A program made the translations under genes and the position numbers. The notes beneath the pieces were generated by a model. It searched no databases, had not been told where the DNA came from, and saw only the letters and a program-made list of their open reading frames with translations. From Christensenellaceae bacterium (GTDB lineage: Bacteria; Bacillota; Clostridia; Christensenellales; Christensenellaceae), in assembly GCA_050945895.1 (NCBI GenBank), contig JBMNTU010000001.1:1-57201 (forward strand): DNA of 57,201 nucleotides, given 5' to 3'. Position 1 is the stretch's first letter. Each line of letters opens with the position of its first letter. Below are positions 46,093 to 55,048 of the stretch, piece by piece.

Positions 46093-46743
46093 TCATTCCG
46101 GGCGCGCAATTTGCTGGTTAAATATAAACCGCCGTATTCGCCTCAGCTGTTTCTCGTCCTCATCTGTAAATTTAAGGCCGATCCGGTAAATGTATTGCCC
46201 CGCAACAAACGAATCCAGCCGCCGTACAATGTGCGCAATAAACAAATACTCGTCTCCGTCAAGGTCAAATTTACACTCGACTTTGTCGCCGACCTTCCAT
46301 TTGATCTCCGCGTTGATGCCAATTCCGCCTTCCGAAATATCCAGCCCCTGGCATTTTATATAGGGCGCATCGTCGCCGCCCTCCGTTAGATTTCGAATAT
46401 AAACATCGTACAGATACTGTAGCCTATACGCTGCGCGGCGCTGCACCTCTTCAATCGGCGATATACGGGTCAGCCTGGTCATCCGCAGGTTGTCGATCTT
46501 ATCTACGCCTTCAATCGATACCAAAAAAGCAAAACACCGTTCCCTGCGAATAAACCTTGCGCTGTATGCCTGGTTCTTCCAGTCCTTGTCCCAAAATACC
46601 TCCCGCAAAAAATCCATTGTCCAAATCGTATCCCCATCAATGTTTTCCACGCGGGTTTTCACGGACGGCCTGCCTGTTTGTTCGATCTCAAGCAGTTCGC
46701 CCAATTCAATATTCACTACTGGTTCCATGTCGTTCCTTCCCAT
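46093..46743 (-). CDS. PilZ-domain flagellar brake-type protein (YcgR/MotI-like)
   Basis: An N-terminal YcgR-like domain is followed by PilZ motifs RRAAYR (RxxxR) and DISEGGIG (DxSxxG). The gene lies between flhG and fliA. Confidence 0.8.
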   Translation of the reverse strand: MGRNDMEPVVNIELGELLEIEQTGRPSVKTRVENIDGDTIWTMDFLREVFWDKDWKNQAYSARFIRRERCFAFLVSIEGVDKIDNLRMTRLTRISPIEEVQRRAAYRLQYLYDVYIRNLTEGGDDAPYIKCQGLDISEGGIGINAEIKWKVGDKVECKFDLDGDEYLFIAHIVRRLDSFVAGQYIYRIGLKFTDEDEKQLRRIRRFIFNQQIARPE

Positions 46744-46750
46744 AGGTCGT

Positions 46751-47647
46751 CTACTGTCCTCCCCTCAAGAACCGGCTGAAAAAGCCTTTCAATCCCTTTG
46801 CCCTTTTGTCCTGTCCTGCATTGCTATCCGTAACTTTGTTTGCCAAAAGCTGTATCTGCTTGGATGCCATGCTCATTGGATATTTTACAATATGCGGCAT
46901 AAAATTACTGATCGACTCTGTCATTTTATCGTCCATAACAATATAGCCAAGCATATCTACTTTATACTGCAAATACTTAAGCGCTACCGTCGAAAAGCTC
47001 GCATGTGTGCTAACCGCTTCGCTCTCCGAGCGCGCTTTGTTAATCAACGTTCGAATCTTTGGCATATTTTTTAATGTAGATGCCGTTTTAAGCACCACGT
47101 ATCCGTCCAGTATAGACGTCGGTTCAGATGTAATCACCAAAATCGTTTCGTCACTGGCATCAATCAGCCGAAGGATACTATTGTTCATTCCTCCGCCCGT
47201 ATCAAACAATATATAGTCCATCGTGTTTTCCAGCGCCGAAAGCTGGCTAATCATATGCTCCAGCTTTATCTCGCTCATCTGTAAAAGGTCTTGGACGCCC
47301 GACCCGCCGGCAATATACCAAACGCCCGGAAAACACTCTTCCATAACCTCGCTTAGGCGCATCTCCCCGCTAATCACATGGCTCAGGTTGTATTGCGAAT
47401 TCACACCCAGCATAATATTGACATTGGAAAAACCAAAATCTGCATCAATAATCGCCACCTTTTTGCCGCACCTCGAAAGCGCTATAGCAAAGTTCACAGT
47501 AAAACTCGTCTTTCCGACGCCGCCTTTCCCGCTGGTAATGCAAAACACAGACGCTTTATTCTCACCGCCGGATGTTTCAGATTCCCCCGCCGACTGTGTG
47601 TTCATTGCATAAATCATTTCGCGCAGTTTCTGCGCCTGGTCACTCAT
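46751..47647 (-). CDS. flhG: MinD-type ATPase FlhG (YlxH)
   Basis: The deviant Walker A SGKGGVGKTS is present, and the gene follows flhF. Confidence 0.9.
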   Translation of the reverse strand: MSDQAQKLREMIYAMNTQSAGESETSGGENKASVFCITSGKGGVGKTSFTVNFAIALSRCGKKVAIIDADFGFSNVNIMLGVNSQYNLSHVISGEMRLSEVMEECFPGVWYIAGGSGVQDLLQMSEIKLEHMISQLSALENTMDYILFDTGGGMNNSILRLIDASDETILVITSEPTSILDGYVVLKTASTLKNMPKIRTLINKARSESEAVSTHASFSTVALKYLQYKVDMLGYIVMDDKMTESISNFMPHIVKYPMSMASKQIQLLANKVTDSNAGQDKRAKGLKGFFSRFLRGGQ

Positions 47648-47650
47648 ACA

Positions 47651-48832
47651 TCAATTCTCCAGAATCGAATCCACGATTTCCCGCGGGTTTATTTCTGCAA
47701 TATCATCCGGCACGCCCTGCCCTGTTGTTATATACGAGAGCGGACGGTTTGCCATCTCAGCAATGTTCAAAATCATTCCTCTTGTTTTTACTTCATCCAC
47801 CTTTGTTACAATAATACTATGCGTTTTCAAAAACGAGTAGTTTTCCAGTATCTGCGCCGTCACCCGGCCCGCCGTAGACGCAGCCAGCGTCAGGTACACA
47901 TCCTCAATCTCCCCATACCGCATCAGCTCAATAATCTCATTCCGGTATGCCTCATCGTCCGACACCTTTCCCGCCGTATCCAAAAAGACCACGTCCTTCG
48001 TCTTAAATGCGTCCAACGCGTCAACAATCTCCTCCGAATTATAAATCGTCAGCATTTCCGTATTCAGTATATCGCAATATGCCTTCAGCTGGTCCTGCGC
48101 CGCAACCCGGAATACATCTGTGTTGATAATGCCAACCGAAAGCTTCTGCTCTACCACCAACTGCGAGGCCAGCTTAACCAGCGTGGTCGTTTTGCCAACG
48201 CCCGTCGGCCCAACCAGCATAACAACCTTTTGCTTGAATTTTGTGCTCCGGATGGGGTTTGTTTTTCCAATCGTATCCTGCATCAGCTGCGCCATCACCT
48301 CTTCCACTCCGGCGCTCCGGCTGTTCGCAATCTCCTCGGCCTTGCCGCAAAGCTCCTTGGCAAGCTCTGTTTCCACATCGTTTTCCGTCAGCTTTGTATA
48401 AAGCTCCAATATCTTACCCGTAAAGGGCACATCCGGTTTCACCTTCACGCTGCTGTATGTATCGATCTTGCTGCCCACTTCACTAATCAAGTTTCTCAGC
48501 TCGCCAATGCTCTCATCAATACTTTCAATTTTCTGGTCATTGCTTTTCTGGTTATCCTGCAACTCCTCCACAAGCTTTTCCAACGCTTTTTCATGCTTGT
48601 CGTCTTTTTTCGGTTGGGCAACAACCTCTTTCACAACCTTTTTCTCCGTCACCACCGGTTTTTCTTCGTATCCCGCCATCACTTCCAGTATTTTTTTGGA
48701 GAATAATCCAAAAAATCCGCTTCTGGAGCGAACCTGCTTGCTGCTTAAGATAACCGCGTCCGGCCCAAGCTCTTCTTTTATTACGCGAAGGGCTTCCTGC
48801 ATATTGTCAGCATGGAATTTTTTTAGCCTCAT
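47651..48832 (-). CDS. flhF: SRP-type GTPase FlhF
   Basis: The GTPase motifs are G1 GPTGVGKTTT, DTAG and TKVDE. Confidence 0.9.
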   Translation of the reverse strand: MRLKKFHADNMQEALRVIKEELGPDAVILSSKQVRSRSGFFGLFSKKILEVMAGYEEKPVVTEKKVVKEVVAQPKKDDKHEKALEKLVEELQDNQKSNDQKIESIDESIGELRNLISEVGSKIDTYSSVKVKPDVPFTGKILELYTKLTENDVETELAKELCGKAEEIANSRSAGVEEVMAQLMQDTIGKTNPIRSTKFKQKVVMLVGPTGVGKTTTLVKLASQLVVEQKLSVGIINTDVFRVAAQDQLKAYCDILNTEMLTIYNSEEIVDALDAFKTKDVVFLDTAGKVSDDEAYRNEIIELMRYGEIEDVYLTLAASTAGRVTAQILENYSFLKTHSIIVTKVDEVKTRGMILNIAEMANRPLSYITTGQGVPDDIAEINPREIVDSILEN

Positions 48833-48872
48833 GCACTTTATCCTTTCTCAAATCCCTTACTCTATTCTACCC

Positions 48873-50930
48873 CTAGCTGGCCTTGCTCAATCCAACAACG
48901 CCATCCGAGAATACCTCCACCGACTCTTCCAGTTCATTATACGACAGAACCACCAAATCCGGAACCATCTGGCTGGTAACGCTCTTAAACTGCCTGCGCA
49001 CAAGCGGCGAAGTCAACACGATGGGCGTAATCCCAAGCTGGTTCATGCGCTCGATCGCCGAACGCAGGCTCAGGAAAATCTGCTGTATCTCCTCCTGCGT
49101 CAACGCTACATAAGTCCCCTGCTCCGTCGTCTTGGTCTTTTCGGCAATCAGCTGCTCCAGCGCAGGGTCCAGCGTAATGACGCGCGCCTTGTCCGTCGGA
49201 ATAAAGCGCTTGGAAATAGAACGGTACAAGCTCTTCCTCACATATTCGGTCATCAGCTCCAAATCGCGCACCGCACCCCCATGGTCGGCCATCGTTTCCA
49301 AAATCGTCCCCATATCGCGGATAGAAATATTTTCCCGCAGCAGGTTGCCCAGCACCTTTTGCACCTCGCCCAGCGAAAACAACTTGGGCACCACTTCTTC
49401 CACAAGCGCAGGCTGCGACGTTTTCAGGTTGTCCAGCAGTGTCCGTACCTGCTGGCGCGTCAGCAGCTCGAAGCTGTGTCGTTTGATGGTTTCGGTCAGG
49501 TGCGTCGCAATAACAGACGGCGCATCCACCGTCGTGTAGCCCATCATTTCCGCGCGTTCGCGGTCTGCCTCCGGTATCCACACAGCCGGCAGCCCAAACG
49601 TTGGCTCCAGCGTTTCAATTCCCGTTAGCTTGCCTTTAACATCGTTTGTGGAAAGCGCCATAATGTGGTCAAGCATAACCTCGCCTTTTGCCACTTCCAC
49701 GCCCTTTATCTTAATAACATATTCATTCGTGCCCAGCTGTATATTGTCGCGTATACGAATAACCGGCACAATAATGCCCTGGTCCAGCGCACACTGCCGG
49801 CGGATCATAACAACGCGCTCCAAAAGGTCCCCGCCCTGGCTGGCGTCAACAAGCGGTACCAGGCCATAGCCCAGTTCTATGCCAATCAGCTCCACCTGCA
49901 AAAGTGAGGTAACGTTCTCCGGCTTGCGCTTCTCCTTTGCCGCTTCTTCCACCTGGTCCTGCGGTATCTGTATCTCCTCGGGCTTTTTTGCCGCCTTGTT
50001 CATCGCATATCCGGCAAAAATCATAATGCCCGCAATGATAAACACCGGCACCTTGGGGAAGCCGGGAATCATTGCAATCACCACCAGCATGCCGCCCAGT
50101 ATATAAAAAATCGTCGGCTGCCGGGAAAACTGCTCTGCCAGGTCGCGCCCCAGGTTTTCCTTGGAGGACGAACGCGTTACAATAATACCCGTCGCAATAG
50201 ACACCATCAGCGCAGGAATCTGGCTCACCAACCCGTCACCAATCGTCGCAATCGTATAAATCTGCAAAATATCCGTCATCGGCATTGCTTCTTCGTTCAT
50301 CATCATGCCAATGATCAGTCCGCCGACAATGTTAATGACCGTAATGATGATACCTACGATCGCATCGCCCTTCACAAACTTGGTAGAACCGTCCATCGCG
50401 CCGTAAAAATCCGCTTCCCGCGTAATTTTCTCACGCCGCTCCTTGGCCTGCTGTTCATCGATCAGGCCAGAGTTCAAATCCGCGTCAATCGCCATCTGCT
50501 TACCGGGCATCGCATCCAGTGTAAAGCGTGCCGAAACTTCGGCCACACGCTCTGCGCCCTTCGTAATAACCACAAACTGTATGACGACAATAATCAAGAA
50601 TATGATAATACCAACAATCAGGTTGTTGCCCGTCGCAAAGCTCCCGAATGCGTTGATGACCTCGCCCGCCTGGCCGCCATTGCCCAAAATCAGCCTCGTG
50701 GACGCCACGTTCAACCCCAGCCGGAACAACGTCATAATCAGCAGCAACGAAGGGAACGACGAAAAATCAAGCGCCTCCCTTACATAAAGTGTCATCAGCA
50801 AAACAAGCAAAGACGCCGAAATGTTGATCACCAAAAACACATCCAGCACACTGGATGGTATGGGCAGGATAATCAGCATGACTACTGCAAATACAACTAA
50901 TGCAATCCAGGCGTCCTTTATCTTCATCAA
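48873..50930 (-). CDS. flhA: Flagellar export gate protein FlhA
   Basis: The 685-aa protein has an N-terminal polytopic domain containing FHIPEP-type sequence, followed by a cytoplasmic domain. Confidence 0.95.
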   Translation of the reverse strand: MMKIKDAWIALVVFAVVMLIILPIPSSVLDVFLVINISASLLVLLMTLYVREALDFSSFPSLLLIMTLFRLGLNVASTRLILGNGGQAGEVINAFGSFATGNNLIVGIIIFLIIVVIQFVVITKGAERVAEVSARFTLDAMPGKQMAIDADLNSGLIDEQQAKERREKITREADFYGAMDGSTKFVKGDAIVGIIITVINIVGGLIIGMMMNEEAMPMTDILQIYTIATIGDGLVSQIPALMVSIATGIIVTRSSSKENLGRDLAEQFSRQPTIFYILGGMLVVIAMIPGFPKVPVFIIAGIMIFAGYAMNKAAKKPEEIQIPQDQVEEAAKEKRKPENVTSLLQVELIGIELGYGLVPLVDASQGGDLLERVVMIRRQCALDQGIIVPVIRIRDNIQLGTNEYVIKIKGVEVAKGEVMLDHIMALSTNDVKGKLTGIETLEPTFGLPAVWIPEADRERAEMMGYTTVDAPSVIATHLTETIKRHSFELLTRQQVRTLLDNLKTSQPALVEEVVPKLFSLGEVQKVLGNLLRENISIRDMGTILETMADHGGAVRDLELMTEYVRKSLYRSISKRFIPTDKARVITLDPALEQLIAEKTKTTEQGTYVALTQEEIQQIFLSLRSAIERMNQLGITPIVLTSPLVRRQFKSVTSQMVPDLVVLSYNELEESVEVFSDGVVGLSKAS

Positions 50931-50991
50931 TTACCTCACAACACCATTTATACCATTTTAATAGACAACGGACAGTTCTTCAAGTAATTTA

Positions 50992-52077
50992 TCACCGGTT
51001 ATAACGGTCTGCCCGCTTGCGCCGGTAAACCTGCGCCAAAATCTCCGCAACCGCCTGATACAGCTCCACCGGTATAAAGTCCCCAATCTCGCAATATGCA
51101 TAAAGCGAACGTGCCAGCGGTTTGTCCTCCATGATTTCTACATTGTGCTCCTGCGCAATCTCCTTTATCTTGGCAGCAATCAGGTTTTTTCCCTTCGCTA
51201 CCACCCTGGGCGCGTCGGCTACCGCTTCGTCATACCTTAGCGCCACCGCATACTCTGTCGGGTTGGTAATGACGACGTCCGCGTCGGGTACAGAGCTCAT
51301 CATGCGCATCATCGCCATCTCGCGCTGCTTCTGCTTAATTTTTCCCTTAATCTGCGGGTCGCCCTCCTGCTGCTTCATTTCCATCTTCACTTCATACTTG
51401 CTCATCATCAGGTCTTTTTCATATTTTCTGCGCTGGAACATATAATCCACCGCCGCAATAATCGCCAGAAAAGCAAGCACCTTGAAGGCCGCGTTCACAA
51501 TCATATCCGCAATCTGCAGCACCGCCGCATGCACGCCGACATTCATCAGCGTCGGAAACACCTCCAGGTTGTTCGTTATTTCCTGATAAACAACAAGCCC
51601 AATAACGGCAACCTTCAAAAGCGACTTCAAAAGCTCAAACACGCCCCGCATCGAAAAAATACGTTTAAACCCCTCCACTGGGTTCAGGCGGCTCATTTTG
51701 GGCTCCATCGCCTTTGTGCTGAACAAAAACCCCGTCTGTATTACATTTATTAATACAGCTGCAACGAGCGCCACCGCCAATATAGGCAGCAAAATCGTCA
51801 AAAGCCCGACAGCCATGTTGTTTGCAATGGGCAGAAAGCTTCCAATCTCCATCTGCTCCATTGTCATATGCGTTCCCGAAAGATATTCTCCCGCAAAGCT
51901 AAACAGGTTTTCCGCAATCATGGGCATAAGCCCCCTAAGTGCGGCAAACATAATCAGCATAGAGCCAACCATAACAAGCTCATTGCTTTTTAATACTTGG
52001 CCACGCTCCCTCGCATCTTTGCGTTTTTTAGGGGTGGCCTCCTCAGTTCTTTCGCCAGCGCTGCTATCATCTGCCAA
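50992..52077 (-). CDS. flhB: Flagellar export switch protein FlhB (autocleavage site reads NPTE)
   Basis: The N-terminus is GERTEEATPKKRKDARERGQV, followed by four TM helices. The C-terminal domain carries VVITNPTEYAVALRYD where NPTH is usual. Confidence 0.9.
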   Translation of the reverse strand: MADDSSAGERTEEATPKKRKDARERGQVLKSNELVMVGSMLIMFAALRGLMPMIAENLFSFAGEYLSGTHMTMEQMEIGSFLPIANNMAVGLLTILLPILAVALVAAVLINVIQTGFLFSTKAMEPKMSRLNPVEGFKRIFSMRGVFELLKSLLKVAVIGLVVYQEITNNLEVFPTLMNVGVHAAVLQIADMIVNAAFKVLAFLAIIAAVDYMFQRRKYEKDLMMSKYEVKMEMKQQEGDPQIKGKIKQKQREMAMMRMMSSVPDADVVITNPTEYAVALRYDEAVADAPRVVAKGKNLIAAKIKEIAQEHNVEIMEDKPLARSLYAYCEIGDFIPVELYQAVAEILAQVYRRKRADRYNR

Positions 52078-52087
52078 GCCACATCAC

Positions 52088-52876
52088 CTACCCTGTCATC
52101 GTGGCGAACATCCTGTCGAACCCCACATACATCTGGTCAAATATATATGTCGTAAACGGTACATAGATGGGCATGACCGCAAACATAACAATAAACCCTA
52201 AAATCACCTTCATCGGCATACCAATGGAAAAAGCATTCATCTGCGGCACAACGCGCATCAAAATGCCCAAGCATGCCTCACCCAAAAGACCAGAGCCAAT
52301 AATAGGCATCGCCACAATAGCAGCCAATACAAACGCCTCCACAAAAAGCTCGGCCGCCACCAGCCCAATGGCCGGGTTAAACGTCACGCTTCCAATGGGC
52401 ATCTTTATAACGGAAGCGTACATGATCTGTACCAGCTTGTGGTGCCCGTCCACCATAAAGAACACCACCAGCATGATGATATTATAAAAGTTTCCCGTCA
52501 TCGGTATGGAGAGATTGCTCTGGACGTCAAACACGTTAACCATACCAAAGCCCATCTGCATATCGATCATCTGCCCTGCCGTAAACGTCAGCGTAAAAAA
52601 CAGGTTGAGCACATATCCAAACACCACCCCAAACAGCAGTTCCTTTACACACAGCAGGATATAAATAAAAATATCGTCGCCGTAGCTAATGGGCGCAAGC
52701 TCGGGTATTCCCGTATAAAACAGCAATGCAATACATGCGCAATAACCGATCTTTACGGTATTCGGTATGTTCCGCCGTCCAAAAATCGGGGAAGAAAATA
52801 TCAGCCCCGATACCCGCAGGAACAAAAGCAAAAAGTAATCCCAGTTATAAACAAGCGCAGTAATGAGCGTATCCAT
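52088..52876 (-). CDS. fliR: Flagellar export apparatus protein FliR
   Basis: This is a 262-aa polytopic protein between fliQ and flhB. Confidence 0.9.
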   Translation of the reverse strand: MDTLITALVYNWDYFLLLFLRVSGLIFSSPIFGRRNIPNTVKIGYCACIALLFYTGIPELAPISYGDDIFIYILLCVKELLFGVVFGYVLNLFFTLTFTAGQMIDMQMGFGMVNVFDVQSNLSIPMTGNFYNIIMLVVFFMVDGHHKLVQIMYASVIKMPIGSVTFNPAIGLVAAELFVEAFVLAAIVAMPIIGSGLLGEACLGILMRVVPQMNAFSIGMPMKVILGFIVMFAVMPIYVPFTTYIFDQMYVGFDRMFATMTG

Positions 52877-52878
52877 AG

Positions 52879-53121
52879 CTACGTCGCAATCATCAGCGCA
52901 TAATCGTACATGCGCTGGGCAAATTCCGTCAGGTTAGAGAGCATCATTCCGCCAAAAATCAACAACGCCAAAAGTATGCCGACAATTTTGGGAACAAATG
53001 TCAGCGTCTGCTCGTTCACCTGTGTCGCCGCCTGGAATATAGAAATTACCACGCCAATAATCAGGCCGATGCCAATCGGCGGCAAAGATACGACCAGTAC
53101 CGTACCAATCGCATCCTGCAT
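52879..53121 (-). CDS. fliQ: Flagellar export apparatus protein FliQ (annotated start probably too short)
   Basis: The motif ISIFQAATQVNEQTLTFVPKIVGILLAL is present. ATG 53121 has no SD. The in-frame upstream residues IIEQATVISV extend the FliQ-like N-terminus back to ATT codons at 53146-53151, behind an AAGGAG. Confidence 0.85.
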   Translation of the reverse strand: MQDAIGTVLVVSLPPIGIGLIIGVVISIFQAATQVNEQTLTFVPKIVGILLALLIFGGMMLSNLTEFAQRMYDYALMIAT

Positions 53122-53173
53122 AACAGATATAACTGTTGCTTGCTCAATAATGGCCCATCAACTCCTTGGTTTT

Positions 53174-53200
53174 GCGTGTATTATCATGCGTAATACACGC
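53174..53200 (-). other. Perfect 10-bp stem-loop in the unusually long fliP-fliQ spacer
   Basis: The sequence reads GCGTGTATTA-tcatgcg-TAATACACGC. On the mRNA it ends 6 nt before the AAGGAG that precedes fliQ. No U-run follows, so it is not a terminator. Confidence 0.6.
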
Positions 53201-53243
53201 GAGAAAATCCCTTTGCTATCACGCATTACCCGCTACAGCGCAG

Positions 53244-54059
53244 CTATCCGAAGCTCGTCAGCAGCGTTTGCATCGTCAGCGTCCATCCGTCTACCAATAT
53301 AAACAGCAATACCTTAAACGGCAGCGAAATAACGATAGGTGGAAGCATCATCATACCCATTGCCATCAACGTAGACGCAACCACCATATCAATAACGATA
53401 AACGGAATATAAATAAAGAACCCGATTTGGAACCCCCGCTTAAGCTCACTTGTAATAAATGCGGGAATAATCGTCATAATCGGAATCTCATCCAGCGTTT
53501 CTACAGGCTCCATCTCGGAAAAACTCATAAACATCTCAAGGTCGGCTTTGTATGTCTGGCGCAGCATAAACTCCCGAATGGGCGCCTCCGCTGCATCCAT
53601 TGCCTCATCAAACGTTATTTCCTCCGCAATATACGGGTCAATCGCCTCTTCCTTCACCGTCGTCAAAACCGGCGACATTGCAAAAAACGTCAGGAAAATA
53701 GCCAGCGCTACCAGTACCTGATTGGGCGGCATTTGCTGCAACCCCATTGCATTTCTGGTAAACGAAAGCACAAGGATAATGCGCACAAAGCCCGTCATCA
53801 TCATCAAAATTGCCGGCGCAATACTTAAAATCGTAAGCAGGCCAACCAGCTGCAAGCTTTGCGAGCGGCTTCCTAAGAGCTGGGCCAAAGGCCCGGCGTC
53901 ATCATCGCCGATCGCGTCACCCTCTGCATCCGCACAACCGCCCAGCACTGCTACGCAAAGTACTAAAACCAAAATAAAAACAGCTATTTTAGCAAATTTT
54001 CTCTTTGTCGATTTAGATTTGCCAACCCTCTTGCTTTTCAATACTACTGCTGCCCCCAC
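53244..54059 (-). CDS. fliP: Flagellar export apparatus protein FliP
   Basis: A signal-like N-terminus is followed by LLTILSIAPAILMMMTGFVRIILVLSFTRNAMG and the FliP core. The start is GTG. Confidence 0.9.
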   Translation of the reverse strand: MGAAVVLKSKRVGKSKSTKRKFAKIAVFILVLVLCVAVLGGCADAEGDAIGDDDAGPLAQLLGSRSQSLQLVGLLTILSIAPAILMMMTGFVRIILVLSFTRNAMGLQQMPPNQVLVALAIFLTFFAMSPVLTTVKEEAIDPYIAEEITFDEAMDAAEAPIREFMLRQTYKADLEMFMSFSEMEPVETLDEIPIMTIIPAFITSELKRGFQIGFFIYIPFIVIDMVVASTLMAMGMMMLPPIVISLPFKVLLFILVDGWTLTMQTLLTSFG

Positions 54060-54085
54060 AAGCGTCCCCTACCCAAAAGGCCGCT

Positions 54086-54704
54086 TCATCCTTCCTTCCG
54101 GCCACCGTTTTCTCCTTCGGCGTCCTCCTCTTGCTGTATCCTTTTTCCCAGTTCGCTTTCAAACGTTCCGGGCTCGCTTTTTTTCCACTCCCGCTTAAAA
54201 AACCTTTTGCGAAAACCGTCTCCCCGCTCCTTGGCCTGCATTTTAAAATTATCTGCAAAGCGCCTCCAAAAGCTATCCGGCTCAGCTGCCTCAACATCAC
54301 AAGAGGCGGCAGGGTTACCATTCGAATCCTCCGCCTCATCAATATCTTCCATATGCTCTACTACAGTTTCGGGAGCAGGCACCTTATCGAGCAGGCGTAT
54401 CTCCTGGCCGGTCGTGCTCATCAGGTAATACTTCCCCTGAAATTCAACCACCATAAGTGTCTTGTCACGGTCCACCGCAACCCTGTCCACAATCGCCAGC
54501 AAACGTTCTTCCCCATCCTTAGAGAAGAACGTCGCCTTCAGGTTTGCTTTTAGGCGCGTTTTTGGTGGACACACCTTTTTTTAGCCTGCGCTGCGTAATA
54601 TACTTTGTCAAAAAATACAGCGCCAGTACAATAATAACCAAGTAAACGATGACAACAATAATATTCCTCGCATCCACCGGTGCGGCTAGCTGTTCGTCTA
54701 CCAT
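54086..54704 (-). pseudogene. fliO: fliO (fliZ-type) split into two overlapping ORFs by a frameshift in an A7 tract
   Basis: ORF 54519-54704 encodes the TM helix (IIVVIVYLVIIVLALYF) plus a basic stretch. ORF 54086-54574 encodes the FliO soluble part (LLAIVDRVAVDRDKTLMVVEFQGKYYLMSTTGQEIRLLDKV). Removing one A from the A7 run (plus-strand T7 at 54576-54582) fuses them into a protein of about 205 aa. Confidence 0.7.
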
Positions 54705-54719
54705 TGGCCAATCATCCTC

Positions 54720-55022
54720 TTATACCTGCATATTCATGATATTATTATATGCATCGATTACTTTATTGCGTACTTCAATAACCATATTCAGCGCCAGTTC
54801 AGATTTTGTGCTGTTAATCATCACCTGCGCGATATTATCAACGTCGCCCGTCAAAAGCGCCTCCGTGTCTTCAACCGTTACGGCATACAAATCGTCCGCA
54901 TCCCGAATCGCATCCGTCAGCATATTTTTGAAGGACTCGCCCTCCGCGCCGCCAACACTGCTATTTTTTGTAAGCCCGCCGGCAAAACCAGGCGTACTGC
55001 CAATTCCACTTACTGTATTCAT
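54720..55022 (-). CDS. fliE: Flagellar hook-basal body protein FliE
   Basis: The 100-aa protein carries FKNMLTDAIRDADDL and the C-terminal ELALNMVIEVRNKVIDAYNNIMNMQV. Confidence 0.9.
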   Translation of the reverse strand: MNTVSGIGSTPGFAGGLTKNSSVGGAEGESFKNMLTDAIRDADDLYAVTVEDTEALLTGDVDNIAQVMINSTKSELALNMVIEVRNKVIDAYNNIMNMQV

Positions 55023-55048
55023 TCGTCCCTATCCCTTCCCAGTCTTAT

